Shown piece after piece: positions 1 to 8,893 of a stretch of DNA of 64,000 nucleotides. This stretch comes from Treponema sp. (GTDB lineage Bacteria > Spirochaetota > Spirochaetia > Treponematales > Breznakiellaceae). The notes beneath the pieces were generated by a model. It had not been told where the DNA came from and made no database searches. It saw only the letters and a program-made list of their open reading frames with translations. Position 1 is the first letter of the stretch; each line of letters begins with the position of its first letter. Location of the stretch: contig JAIRSC010000090.1 in NCBI GenBank assembly GCA_031255645.1, forward strand, positions 10,927 through 74,926. The letters run 5' to 3'. Position numbers and translations under genes: made by a program.

Positions 1-333
1 CGACAAATGGCTGTCCAGCACGCTCAAAAGCCTGCGCCGTCTTTCACGGGAAAACTCGTTGGCCCCAAGCAGGGCGTCCGGGGGAAGGGAAGACGCGACG
101 ACAAGGCTTTTTCCGCCCGGCGCGGCGCAGGCGTCAAAGATCGTCCCGGTTTCGGCAAGCCGCAGGGATTCCGCGGCGCGCAGCGAGGCGGGATCCATAC
201 GGTACGGCAGCACGAGCCGGGGGCCGAGAAACGGAACGGTAGAACTTTTTTCAAGCAGCGCTTTCCGCAGATTCGTCCAGCGTCCGCCGTAAAGGGCTTT
301 ATAGTAATCCTCAAAGGCCTGGTTTGTTTTCAT
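1..333 (-). CDS. SAM-dependent RNA m5C methyltransferase (RsmB/RsmF, NOL1/NOP2/Sun family); 5' part only, gene runs off the window start
   Basis: Not in the ORF track because no stop lies in the window. Reverse-strand ATG at 331-333 gives MKTNQAFEDYYKALYGGRW...IFDACAAPGGKSLVV...; DACAAPGGK is the SAM-binding motif of this family. The frame stays open to base 1. Confidence 0.6.
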   Translation of the reverse strand, partial: MKTNQAFEDYYKALYGGRWTNLRKALLEKSSTVPFLGPRLVLPYRMDPASLRAAESLRLAETGTIFDACAAPGGKSLVVASSLPPDALLGANEFSRERRRRLLSVLDSHLS

Positions 334-367
334 TTTTCTCGTTATGGTATTCGATTTTACCGAAACA

Positions 368-1144
368 CTAATACTCTACCTGCCACAAAAAAAGCCCGTC
401 CGGCGGCAGGGTCGGCCCGGCAAGCTCCCGTTTTCCCGAAACGATAACGCGCCGGAATTCCTCCGGCGGAATTTTCCGTTCCTCGTAAAACAAAATCGTT
501 CCCGCTATCGAACGGACCATCTTCCACAAAAACGCGTTTGCCCGTATCTCGAAAACAAGCTTCTGTCCTTCCATAAAAAAATACGCGCCGTAGATATGGC
601 GGCTTCTCGATTTGGACAGATCGCGGGGCACGGCAAAAACCCTACAGTCAAACTCTCCCCGGAACAAACGGGCGTAGGCGTTAAGAAGGGCGATGTCGGG
701 CCGCCTTTTCAGGACAAGGGCACATTGTTTTTCCCGGGGCGAAACTTCCCGGGACGAAACAAAAAAATACCGGTAACTGCGCGACCGGGCGTCAAACCGG
801 GCGTGAAAATCCGGCGGAACTTCCCGCGAATCAAGAACCCGTATGCTCGCGGGAAGCAGGCCGTTCAGGGCGGGCCTGAAACGCCCGGGATCCATGCTTT
901 TTATCGAGGAATAAAAGTTGGCCGTCTGGCCCGCGGCGTGGACGCCCGAATCGGTGCGCCCCGCTCCGGTAAGCGGCGCCGGATGTCCGTGAATCTTTTC
1001 CAGAGCGGCTTCTATTTCGCCCTGAACGCTTTTCCGGTCTTTCTGGCGCTGCCAGCCGCAGTAGGAAGATCCGTCGTAGGCGACAAGCAGCTTGATGTTC
1101 CGTTCTCCGCCCTTCGCCGGTCCCGGCCGGTTTCGGTCACTCAT
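368..1144 (-). CDS. truA: tRNA pseudouridine(38-40) synthase TruA
   Basis: 258 aa. LLVAYDGSSYCGWQRQ and GAGRTDSGVHAAGQTANF match TruA signature blocks, including the catalytic Asp in RTD. Confidence 0.85.
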   Translation of the reverse strand: MSDRNRPGPAKGGERNIKLLVAYDGSSYCGWQRQKDRKSVQGEIEAALEKIHGHPAPLTGAGRTDSGVHAAGQTANFYSSIKSMDPGRFRPALNGLLPASIRVLDSREVPPDFHARFDARSRSYRYFFVSSREVSPREKQCALVLKRRPDIALLNAYARLFRGEFDCRVFAVPRDLSKSRSRHIYGAYFFMEGQKLVFEIRANAFLWKMVRSIAGTILFYEERKIPPEEFRRVIVSGKRELAGPTLPPDGLFLWQVEY

Positions 1145-1164
1145 CGGTTTTCCATTGATTTCGC

Positions 1165-2019
1165 TTACTCGTCGGTTTCGTTGATTTCTTTACCGATGCT
1201 TTCGTAAAGCGCCCGGGCGTGTTCCAAAAGCGGGCCGGGTTTGCTTTTCGACGATTTTCCCAGGCCGAAAATTTTGGCGATGGTTCGCTTCGCCATGGAA
1301 AGCGTCTCCACCCTCTGTTCCGCGTTGTCCCTGGGACCGTACTTGAGCCTGAGCAGGGCGGAAAGGTACAGGGCGCCCTCATAGGCGTAGTTCTTGTCCG
1401 TGTCCGGGCCGAAATTCTTTATCCCCGAAAGCGTTTCGCTTCCGTTCTGTTCCCTGGCTATCGCCTCGTTGTAGAGATACTGCGCCTTCTTCTTGAAAAG
1501 CAGGGCAAGCCAGTCGTAGTGATAACCGGGATATTTGCCGTTAAGCTCTTCAAGCAGCCATCCGCCCCGGACGGCCGCTATGGCCTGTTTTATCGTAGGA
1601 GAAAATTCCCTGGAATAGTAATCGTAACACAGAAGCGTCAAGTACCAGGACGCCGCGCCGTTTACCAGATCCCGGGGCCGGGTAAAATCGGCTGAGGGAA
1701 AGATGCGCCGCGTTTCCCTGAAGCGGCTGTCCCTTGTATCCAGAATCTTTTGTTTGCCCCGCGGCGGCAGGCTTGAAAAATCCTTGTCGACCGAGGCAAA
1801 CCAACATTCGGGGCATACCGTCGCCGGATACGCCAGCGGATAAATCGTCCCGTACTTTGCCGACGGCTCGTAAAGCCGGTGAAGCTCGTCGGTAATCGCG
1901 CCGGCGATAAGCCGTCCGCTCCCCGAAAGAAGTTCTTCCCTGTGAAAAACGGTTTCACAGACAGGACAGTGGTATTCTTCTTTGGAAGCGAACGATATTT
2001 TTAGTTCCCTGTCTTCCAT
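1165..2019 (-). CDS. DUF2225-like protein (N-terminal zinc ribbon plus helical repeat region)
   Basis: 284 aa. HCPVCETVF...VCPECWFAS gives a CxxC...CxxC pair followed by a helical domain; recalled resemblance to DUF2225. Confidence 0.5.
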   Translation of the reverse strand: MEDRELKISFASKEEYHCPVCETVFHREELLSGSGRLIAGAITDELHRLYEPSAKYGTIYPLAYPATVCPECWFASVDKDFSSLPPRGKQKILDTRDSRFRETRRIFPSADFTRPRDLVNGAASWYLTLLCYDYYSREFSPTIKQAIAAVRGGWLLEELNGKYPGYHYDWLALLFKKKAQYLYNEAIAREQNGSETLSGIKNFGPDTDKNYAYEGALYLSALLRLKYGPRDNAEQRVETLSMAKRTIAKIFGLGKSSKSKPGPLLEHARALYESIGKEINETDE

Positions 2020-2027
2020 CGGTTCTC

Positions 2028-2402
2028 CTAAACACTTTCCAAAATCACCGCGGCAAAGGCCATGTCCCGTTCATGACTAAGAGAGACATGGGCTTTCGCG
2101 GCGCCTTTTTTCCGCATCGCGGCAAGGGCCTTCCCGAAAAGTTCCAGAACGGGCGCTTCGCCGGAACGGTTTTTCAGCGCGACGTCTTTCAGGCCGAAAC
2201 CGGCGAGCCCCGTTCCCAGCGCCTTGCCGAACGCCTCTTTCGCGGCGAAACGGACGGCCAGAGAAGCGGACGCGCCTTTTCCCCGTTCCCCGCAGACCCG
2301 GATTTCATCGGGATGAAAAAACCGTTCCAGCAGCTTCGGATTGGCGGCCCATGTTTCAAACCTGGGGATAAAAACGGCGTCAAGGCCGAATCCTACTATC
2401 AC
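2028..2402 (-). CDS. acpS: holo-[acyl-carrier-protein] synthase
   Basis: 124 aa. MIVGFGLDAVFIPRFE start, FAAKEAFGKALGTG block and SLSHERDMAFAAVILE end are typical AcpS. Confidence 0.8.
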   Translation of the reverse strand: MIVGFGLDAVFIPRFETWAANPKLLERFFHPDEIRVCGERGKGASASLAVRFAAKEAFGKALGTGLAGFGLKDVALKNRSGEAPVLELFGKALAAMRKKGAAKAHVSLSHERDMAFAAVILESV

Positions 2403-3424
2403 CGCTCTTCTCCCCCATTGTCTTTTCCCTCATCGTCTTCTTCCGCGTCCGTTTCGGTAATTTGCAGCGTTATCTCGACCGGTTCCTGGCGGCTCAGCGT
2501 AAAAGTTTCGGGAACGGAAGCCAGTACCGGCAGCGTATAGGTTCCCGGCCCGGTAATGGCCGAAGCGTCAACGCTCAGCAGATTTTCCGGGGCTTCAAAA
2601 ACCTCAAGAAATCTCTGGGCGCCTTCAAGACGCAGGCTTCCGAAACCCGCCTCCGGGGCCGCGAAATCGCCGGAAAGCCCGGTAACGGAAATCGGGATGC
2701 CGTCGAAATTCCGTATCATTATCAATTCCCTGATAAAACCCCTGAATTCGGTCATGCCGTCGCCCCGGATCACCAGAAGGGAATTGGGGTTCATAACCCT
2801 GATGTGAAGGGCAAAATCCTCGTTTCGTCCCGTCAGGGCGATGGGGCTGGTAAACAACTCCGCCACGCCGCTTATCAGACTAACGGGGCCGTCGATAACC
2901 ACCTGGTTCGGTTCCAGCGTATAGGATACCATCTCGTAGCCGCTTTCGGGACTGCCCTCAAGGTCGGGAACGACGGGCACGTATTTGCTCAGCCTGGTAT
3001 CGAGTTCTATGGTTATTTCCATGGGATCCACGACGATCTCAAGATTTTCCGCCTCTATCGCGGTTCCCTTTTTCCGAATCCGCAGCGGCGCCCTGAAAGA
3101 ACCCGGCGTCCTGTACTCGGTTAGATCCAGATACGCCTCGACATCGTCTTCCGCCACCGGATAAATGCTGTTGGCGTCTCCCCGCAGGGTTACCCGGACA
3201 TTGCGGGGATACGGGCTTGAGGGAACAAGGTTACTGCCGATTTCAATGTGAAGGGGCACGGCAAAAAAACGTTCCTGAACATTCCCCAGGCGGTGAAACA
3301 CAAACAGAATAATCGCCGCCACGACGGAAAGCACCTTAACCGGCCACTTTTCCGTAATTTTGGCAAGAAATTGTTTGCCGTTCCGCCAATTTACCGTTTT
3401 TTTCGTATGTTCACTCAATGTCAA
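2399..3424 (-). CDS. YbbR-domain protein, probable CdaA regulator (CdaR-like)
   Basis: 341 aa with an N-terminal TM helix and repeated beta-rich YbbR-like modules. Overlaps both cdaA and acpS by a few nt, the usual cdaA-cdaR arrangement. Confidence 0.6.
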   Translation of the reverse strand: MTLSEHTKKTVNWRNGKQFLAKITEKWPVKVLSVVAAIILFVFHRLGNVQERFFAVPLHIEIGSNLVPSSPYPRNVRVTLRGDANSIYPVAEDDVEAYLDLTEYRTPGSFRAPLRIRKKGTAIEAENLEIVVDPMEITIELDTRLSKYVPVVPDLEGSPESGYEMVSYTLEPNQVVIDGPVSLISGVAELFTSPIALTGRNEDFALHIRVMNPNSLLVIRGDGMTEFRGFIRELIMIRNFDGIPISVTGLSGDFAAPEAGFGSLRLEGAQRFLEVFEAPENLLSVDASAITGPGTYTLPVLASVPETFTLSRQEPVEITLQITETDAEEDDEGKDNGGEER

Positions 3425-4223
3425 TAGCCCCGTTTTCGGTAATGTCCGTTCCGCCCCGCAGGGTTCTGTCCAAAAGCTCTTTCAGCTTGCGTTGAACCTC
3501 CAGCGGCGAAAGGTCATAGTACAGTTTCGATTCATAAGCCAGGGATATCGCCCCGGTTTCTTCCGACACGATAAGAACCACCGCGTCGCTCTGCTCGGAC
3601 ATGCCCAGGGCGGAACGGTGGCGGGTCCCGAAACTCTTCCGTATGTCCTGCTGTTCCGACAGCGGCAAAAGACAGCCGGCGGAAACAATGCGCCCGCCCT
3701 GTACCACCATCGCCCCGTCGTGCAGCGGCCCGTCGAACTGAAAGACCGCCACGATAAGGCTTGAGGAAAGATCGGCGTTAAGCCGCGTTCCGGTTTCAAG
3801 TATATGCCGCAGGCTTACCCGGCGGGGAAACACCACAAGAGCGCCCCGTTTAAGCTGGGAAAGGATCTCCGCGGCGGTGACCACGGCCTCAAGCTGTCCC
3901 AGCCTCGGCTTGTTGTCCAGCCTGAAAAACTCTCCCTGTCCAAGGCGCATGATAATCTGCCTGAGTTCCGGCTGGAATACAATCGCCACGGCCACAAAAA
4001 GCCCCGGAGCGAGTATGTTCAACAGCCATTGAAGGGTCGAAAGCTTAAACAGAAACGCTATGCCGAAAATAACCGCCAAAAACCCCGCGCCCCTCAAGAG
4101 CTGGATCGCCTGGGTCTTTAGGAGCAGATTGTAGGCCTTGTAGAGAAGAAACGCGAGAATCGCGATATCAAGCGCCGGGCGGAAAAGGTTATAAATATCA
4201 ACTATTCTTTGGTACCACAGCAT
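3411..4223 (-). CDS. cdaA: diadenylate cyclase CdaA (c-di-AMP synthase, DisA_N domain)
   Basis: 270 aa. Three N-terminal TM helices, then DGAMVV...GTRHRSALGMSEQSDAVVLIVSEETGAISLA, which contains the DGA and RHR motifs of DAC domains. Confidence 0.85.
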   Translation of the reverse strand: MLWYQRIVDIYNLFRPALDIAILAFLLYKAYNLLLKTQAIQLLRGAGFLAVIFGIAFLFKLSTLQWLLNILAPGLFVAVAIVFQPELRQIIMRLGQGEFFRLDNKPRLGQLEAVVTAAEILSQLKRGALVVFPRRVSLRHILETGTRLNADLSSSLIVAVFQFDGPLHDGAMVVQGGRIVSAGCLLPLSEQQDIRKSFGTRHRSALGMSEQSDAVVLIVSEETGAISLAYESKLYYDLSPLEVQRKLKELLDRTLRGGTDITENGAIDIE

Positions 4224-5130
4224 GTTCTTTTGTCCCCGACAAACGAAGGGAATGAATTACCTTGACCAGATCCCTGGCCGCTCCCGTATCATGAACCCTT
4301 ATAATATCCGCTCCGCCGGCAAGGGCGGCGGTTTGGGCGGCCAGGGTTCCCGCCAGGCGTTCTTCCGTCTCCCGGCCGGTTATCTCTCCGATAAAACTTT
4401 TTCGGGAAAGCCCTACTAAAATAGGATAATCCGGCGGACAAGTTTCCGCAAGCCGATTGAGCAGGATACTATTTTCTTCGAGGGTTTTGCCGAAGCCTAT
4501 TCCCGGATCCATGATGATCTTTTCCCTCCCGACGCCGGCGGCCGACGCTTTTTCGGCGGCGGCGGCCAGAAAATCACGAACCTCCGCCACTATGCCGGAA
4601 GCCTCGTATCCGGCCTTTTCTTTTTCTTCGGCAAGACGCCGCATGGTTTTCGGGGTTCCCCGCATGTGCATCAGCACAAGCGCCGCCCCCCGGCCCGCCG
4701 CGAGGGAGGCCATGTCCGGATCGGCCAGTCCCGAAATGTCGTTGATAATATCGGCGCCTTCGTCAAGAACCGCCCGCGCGACCAGGGCCCGGCGGGTGTC
4801 CACCGAAACGGGAAGTTTCGACAGGCGGCGAAAATCCCTCAATACGGGGATAAGCCGGGAAAGTTCCGTTTCCGGCGAAACATAGTCCGATCCGGGCCGG
4901 GTGGATTCGGCGCCGAAGTCGATAATATCCGCCCCCTCCTCTTCCGCCCGTAAAGCCGCCTTTACCGCGCCGCCGGGCCGGGAATTTCTGCTTTGCCGGT
5001 AAAACGAGTCGGGGGTAAGGTTGACAATCGACATGACAAGAGGACGGGAAAAATCCAAAAGCGCCCCGCCGGGCAGCGGCAAAGGCGCTTTTTGGGAGAG
5101 AAACGTAAAACTATACGCCTGATTTTTCAT
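4198..5130 (-). CDS. folP: dihydropteroate synthase
   Basis: 310 aa. MSIVNLTPDSFY, GADIIDFGAESTRPG, DTRRA..., INDISG and GIGFGKT are pterin-binding/DHPS signature blocks. Confidence 0.85.
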   Translation of the reverse strand: MKNQAYSFTFLSQKAPLPLPGGALLDFSRPLVMSIVNLTPDSFYRQSRNSRPGGAVKAALRAEEEGADIIDFGAESTRPGSDYVSPETELSRLIPVLRDFRRLSKLPVSVDTRRALVARAVLDEGADIINDISGLADPDMASLAAGRGAALVLMHMRGTPKTMRRLAEEKEKAGYEASGIVAEVRDFLAAAAEKASAAGVGREKIIMDPGIGFGKTLEENSILLNRLAETCPPDYPILVGLSRKSFIGEITGRETEERLAGTLAAQTAALAGGADIIRVHDTGAARDLVKVIHSLRLSGTKEHAVVPKNS

Positions 5131-5160
5131 AATATACCGCCCCGTGGCCTTTGGACGGAA

Positions 5161-5250
5161 TTATTTGTTTTTGTGTCTGTTCTTTCTGAGTTTTTTCTTT
5201 CGCTTGTGGGTGGCGATCTTCCTGAGTTTGCGCTTTCTTCCGCAGGGCAC
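5161..5250 (-). CDS. 29-aa highly basic protein, bS22 / AURKAIP1-COX24-like (putative small ribosomal protein)
   Basis: Below the ORF-track size cut-off. GTG at 5248-5250 is preceded by GGAGA about 8 nt upstream. Translation is MPCGRKRKLRKIATHKRKKKLRKNRHKNK with stop at 5161-5163. Sits between miaA and folP on the same strand. Confidence 0.5.
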   Translation of the reverse strand: MPCGRKRKLRKIATHKRKKKLRKNRHKNK

Positions 5251-5320
5251 TTGAATATCTCCTTAAGGTACAAATTGAGCCGAAGACCGGTTATACGCCG
5301 CTATTCCCAGGCGGCCCGGT

Positions 5321-6289
5321 TCAGCTTTGTTGAGTATGAAGCAGGGCCGACAAAAGGTCAAGTATCCTGTCAAAAGCCCCTTCCGGGGGAACTTTTACGA
5401 CCTTCGGAATGGACGCGAAAAAGGTAAGCTGCCGTTTCGCGTAGCGCCGTGAATCGCGGATTACCAGCTCCATTACCCCGTCGATGTCGCCGGACAGCCG
5501 CCATGTTTTTTCCGCCGAGGGCGGCTGATCCCCGACAAAAAATTCCCTGTAGCCGATAGCCCTCATCCCCGGATCTTCCGGGGTATAGCCTTTGCGGAAA
5601 AGCCCTTCCACCTCGTCCGCGAGACCGAGACGGAACATTTCCGCGCAGCGTTTTTCAATGCGCCCGTAGAGTTCTTCCCGCGGGCGGGAAAGCTCCACGA
5701 CAAGGAAACGGCAGGGGGGCGGCGTCCCGTGAAGGGCAAAGGAACTCAGGGGCCGTCCGCTGAGCCGCAGCACCTCAAGCGCGCGGAGCAGCCTGTAAAT
5801 GTCGTTGACGTGAATACGGGCGGCGCTTTCCCCGTCTTTTTCGGCCAGCTCTTCCATCAGGGCCTCCGCGCCCTTTTCGGCCAGCTCTTTTTTCAGGGCG
5901 TCCCTGACGGCGGGATCCGACGGGGGCGCGCCGCTGAGCCCCAGGATAAAATTTTTCAGGTAAAAGCCCGTGCCCCCGGAAACCACGGGAAGTTTTCCGC
6001 GTGAATGAATGTCCGCGCAGGCCTGGCCGGCAAGCCGGACAAAGTCGCCGGCGTTAAACTGTTCGCCGGGGTTCCGTATGTCGATAAGATGATGGGGAAA
6101 ACGCCGCCGCAGTTCCAAAGAAGGCTTGGCGGTTCCTATGTCCATTCCCCGGTATACCTGCATGGAATCGGCGGACACGATTTCCACCGAGGGGGTTTTC
6201 CGTCCCCGTTCCGAAAACAGCCCCGAAAGAAGCTCCGTTTTCCCGGAAGCCGTAGGACCGAAAAGGACAAAAACGGGCCGGCCTTCCAT
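5321..6289 (-). CDS. miaA: tRNA dimethylallyltransferase
   Basis: 322 aa. P-loop GPTASGKT, SADSMQVYRGMDIGTAKP and HHLIDI blocks are typical MiaA. Confidence 0.85.
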   Translation of the reverse strand: MEGRPVFVLFGPTASGKTELLSGLFSERGRKTPSVEIVSADSMQVYRGMDIGTAKPSLELRRRFPHHLIDIRNPGEQFNAGDFVRLAGQACADIHSRGKLPVVSGGTGFYLKNFILGLSGAPPSDPAVRDALKKELAEKGAEALMEELAEKDGESAARIHVNDIYRLLRALEVLRLSGRPLSSFALHGTPPPCRFLVVELSRPREELYGRIEKRCAEMFRLGLADEVEGLFRKGYTPEDPGMRAIGYREFFVGDQPPSAEKTWRLSGDIDGVMELVIRDSRRYAKRQLTFFASIPKVVKVPPEGAFDRILDLLSALLHTQQS

Positions 6290-6358
6290 CAGCGGCCGGC
6301 TCCCGCCGCGGCTTTCTCCGCGTTCACCGGCAATCGCCCCGCGTCGGCTTTTTCCGCG

Positions 6359-6574
6359 TTATCCGGCGCGCTCGGGAAGAGCCTGTTCGCCGCTGCGGAA
6401 TTCGACTTCGCCGGAAAAAACCTGGACGGCGGCCAGGGAAACGACTTTGCCGTCGCTCTCCTCTATCTGTTCGTCCTGAAGCATGGAAAGCTGATAAGCC
6501 CTGCGGGAAGCCGCGCAGGTTATCTCGTACATATTGCCTTCGTATCCGATAAGTTTTTCAAGGGGAAAAATCAT
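6359..6574 (-). CDS. rpoZ: DNA-directed RNA polymerase subunit omega
   Basis: 71 aa. NMYEITCAASRRAYQL matches the conserved omega helix (N-[KR]-[YF]-x-L-x(3)-A-x-x-R-A-x-Q-L). Confidence 0.65.
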   Translation of the reverse strand: MIFPLEKLIGYEGNMYEITCAASRRAYQLSMLQDEQIEESDGKVVSLAAVQVFSGEVEFRSGEQALPERAG

Positions 6575-6729
6575 GGGGAAAATATAGTCTTTTTGGGCGA
6601 AAATAACAAGCGGCGCGAAATCCTCCTCTTGCGGATAATCGTTTTCGCGGGCATACTGGGAATACGCTAAAAGCGCCGGGTTTTTCAGCCAAAAAACACA
6701 AACGCTGCTGCGGACAATAGGGCGGCAAA

Positions 6730-7794
6730 ATGGCGAAACAGATATTGGTGGTAGACGACAACATCGCGATTCTCAAACAGATAGGCGCGCAGCTTGGTTC
6801 CCATTACGATATTTCCCTCGCGAAATCCGGGGCACAGGCCCTTGAAATATGCAAACAGGAAAAGCCGGACCTTATCCTTCTTGACGTGGAAATGCCGGAA
6901 ATGGACGGATTCCGGACCATGGCCCGCTTCAGGGAAGATCCCGGCCTCAGGCCCATACCGGTTATTTTCCTTACCGCCAACCGCGACGCCGCTACCGAAG
7001 TCAGGGCCCTTAAATCGGGAGCGATGGATTTTATCACCAAACCCGTCAACAAGGACATCCTGTTTCACCGGCTGGAACTGCACCTTCAGTTCGCCGCCTA
7101 TCAATCTTCCCTTGAAAACACCGTAAAGGAGCTTGAAAACAGCATTGTCACATCCTTTGCCGAACTTGTCGAATGTAAGGACGACAACGCGGGAACCCAC
7201 GTACTGCGAACCGGCAAATACGTGGAGATACTGGGGGCCAAACTGCTTGAGGAAGGAAGCTTTGGAGAGGAGCTTAGCGAAACGGACCTCGACATGATAG
7301 TCCGGGCAGCCCCCTTTCACGACATAGGCAAGATCGGCGTCAGCGATACGCTCCTCCTCAAAAAAGGAACCCTCGGCCCGGAAGAATACGCGGAGGTGCA
7401 AAAGCATACCCTTATCGGAGCGCAGTTTCTTCAGTCGGTCTACGAGCGTACCCCGGAAGAGCGGTATCTTAAATTCGCGAAACTCATCGCCGAAAGCCAC
7501 CACGAAAAATACGACGGTACCGGGTACCCGCACGGGCTGGCGGGGAACGATATTCCCCTCTGCGCCCGGATCATGGCCGTGGCGAACGTGTACGACGGCT
7601 GCATTACGGAGCGAGTCTACCGGAAGGCCCTGAGCCACGAAGAGGCCTGCCGGATTATCCTTGAAGGAAAGGGAAGCTGGTTCGATCCCCGTATCGTGAA
7701 GACCTTTGAGGAGGTTATGGATCGCTTCGTCCGCCTTAAAGTATCCGTGGAACCGCTGGTAAAAATCCAGGGGATGGGCCCGCGCTATGGATAG
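6730..7794 (+). CDS. response regulator with HD-GYP output domain (RpfG-like c-di-GMP phosphodiesterase), copy 1
   Basis: 354 aa. Receiver region (VVDDN, DLILLDVEMPEMDG, KSGAMDFITKP) followed by APFHDIGKI and HHEKYDGTGYP (HD and GYP motifs). Confidence 0.85.
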   Translation: MAKQILVVDDNIAILKQIGAQLGSHYDISLAKSGAQALEICKQEKPDLILLDVEMPEMDGFRTMARFREDPGLRPIPVIFLTANRDAATEVRALKSGAMDFITKPVNKDILFHRLELHLQFAAYQSSLENTVKELENSIVTSFAELVECKDDNAGTHVLRTGKYVEILGAKLLEEGSFGEELSETDLDMIVRAAPFHDIGKIGVSDTLLLKKGTLGPEEYAEVQKHTLIGAQFLQSVYERTPEERYLKFAKLIAESHHEKYDGTGYPHGLAGNDIPLCARIMAVANVYDGCITERVYRKALSHEEACRIILEGKGSWFDPRIVKTFEEVMDRFVRLKVSVEPLVKIQGMGPRYG

Positions 7795-8857
7795 GGATAT
7801 GAACGGAACCGTTCCCAACATACTCGTGGTAGACGACAATCTGCCGACGCTCAAACAGATAGGCGCCCAGCTTGGGGAAAGCTACGAGGTTTCCCTCGCC
7901 AAGTCGGGCGCTCTTGCCCTGCAAATCTGTATGCGGGAAAAACCGGATCTTATCCTGCTTGACATTGAAATGCCCGGCATGGACGGCTTCGAAACCCTGA
8001 AGCGCCTCAGGCTGAACCGCTACCTTGGAAGCATCCCGGTTATCTTTCTTACCGGCAACCACGACACCGAAACCGAAGTCCGGGGGCTCGAATCGGGCGC
8101 CAGGGATTTTATCACCAAGCCGGTGGAAAAAAGCATTTTGCTGCACCGTATAGAACTGCACCTGCGCTTTTCGTCCTATCAGTCACGGCTGGAAAGAACC
8201 GTGGCGAAAATGTCGGACAGCGTCGCCCTGGCATTCGCCGAGCTTATCGAATGCCGGGATCCGAACACCGGCGAACACGTCGCCCGTACCAGCAGCTATG
8301 TGGGAATGCTGGGCCGCCGGCTTATAGACATGGGGCTTTTCACCGAAGAGCTTACCTCTACCGACCTTGATATGATGATCCGGGCCGCGCCTTTTCACGA
8401 CATAGGAAAAATCGCCATAAGCGACCGGGTACTCCTTAAGCCCGGCCAGCTTGACGACGAAGAATTCACCGTTATGAAACAGCATACCGTTATCGGCGAG
8501 GAAATCCTGAAAAACATGCTCGCCCGTACCCCGACCCAGCAGTACCTGCACTACGCCAGGATGATCGCCGCGTCCCATCACGAGCGTTTCGACGGAAAGG
8601 GCTATCCGCGCGGACTTTCGGGGGATGGGATACCCCTTTGCGGGCGCATTATGGCGGTGGCCGACGTGTACGACGCACTGGTCGACAACAGGGTATACCG
8701 CCGGGGGATGAGCCATACCGAAGCCCGCCGCATTATTCTTGACGGCGGAGGAAAAAATTTCGATCCACGGGTTATAGACGCCTTTGAAGCCGTTCATACG
8801 GAACTGGCGCGGGCGGCGAAAAAAAAACAAACGGGCCAATCCCAATCCGAAAACTGA
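7787..8857 (+). CDS. response regulator with HD-GYP output domain, copy 2 (tandem paralog)
   Basis: 356 aa, overlapping copy 1 by 8 nt and alignable over its full length. Carries DLILLDIEMPGMDG, APFHDIGKI and HHERFDGKGYP. Confidence 0.85.
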   Translation: MDRDMNGTVPNILVVDDNLPTLKQIGAQLGESYEVSLAKSGALALQICMREKPDLILLDIEMPGMDGFETLKRLRLNRYLGSIPVIFLTGNHDTETEVRGLESGARDFITKPVEKSILLHRIELHLRFSSYQSRLERTVAKMSDSVALAFAELIECRDPNTGEHVARTSSYVGMLGRRLIDMGLFTEELTSTDLDMMIRAAPFHDIGKIAISDRVLLKPGQLDDEEFTVMKQHTVIGEEILKNMLARTPTQQYLHYARMIAASHHERFDGKGYPRGLSGDGIPLCGRIMAVADVYDALVDNRVYRRGMSHTEARRIILDGGGKNFDPRVIDAFEAVHTELARAAKKKQTGQSQSEN

Positions 8858-8893
8858 GGTTTTGGGATTGCCCCATATTACAGGAGGAAAAAA

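Noticed and set aside
7-447. Tracked 146-aa plus-strand ORF at the window start (and the 96-aa minus-strand ORF 24..314).
   Set aside because: The minus-strand frame starting at 331-333 encodes a convincing RsmB-family N-terminus (DACAAPGGK). The tracked ORFs are Arg/Gly/Pro-rich, as expected for off-frame reading of GC-rich coding DNA.
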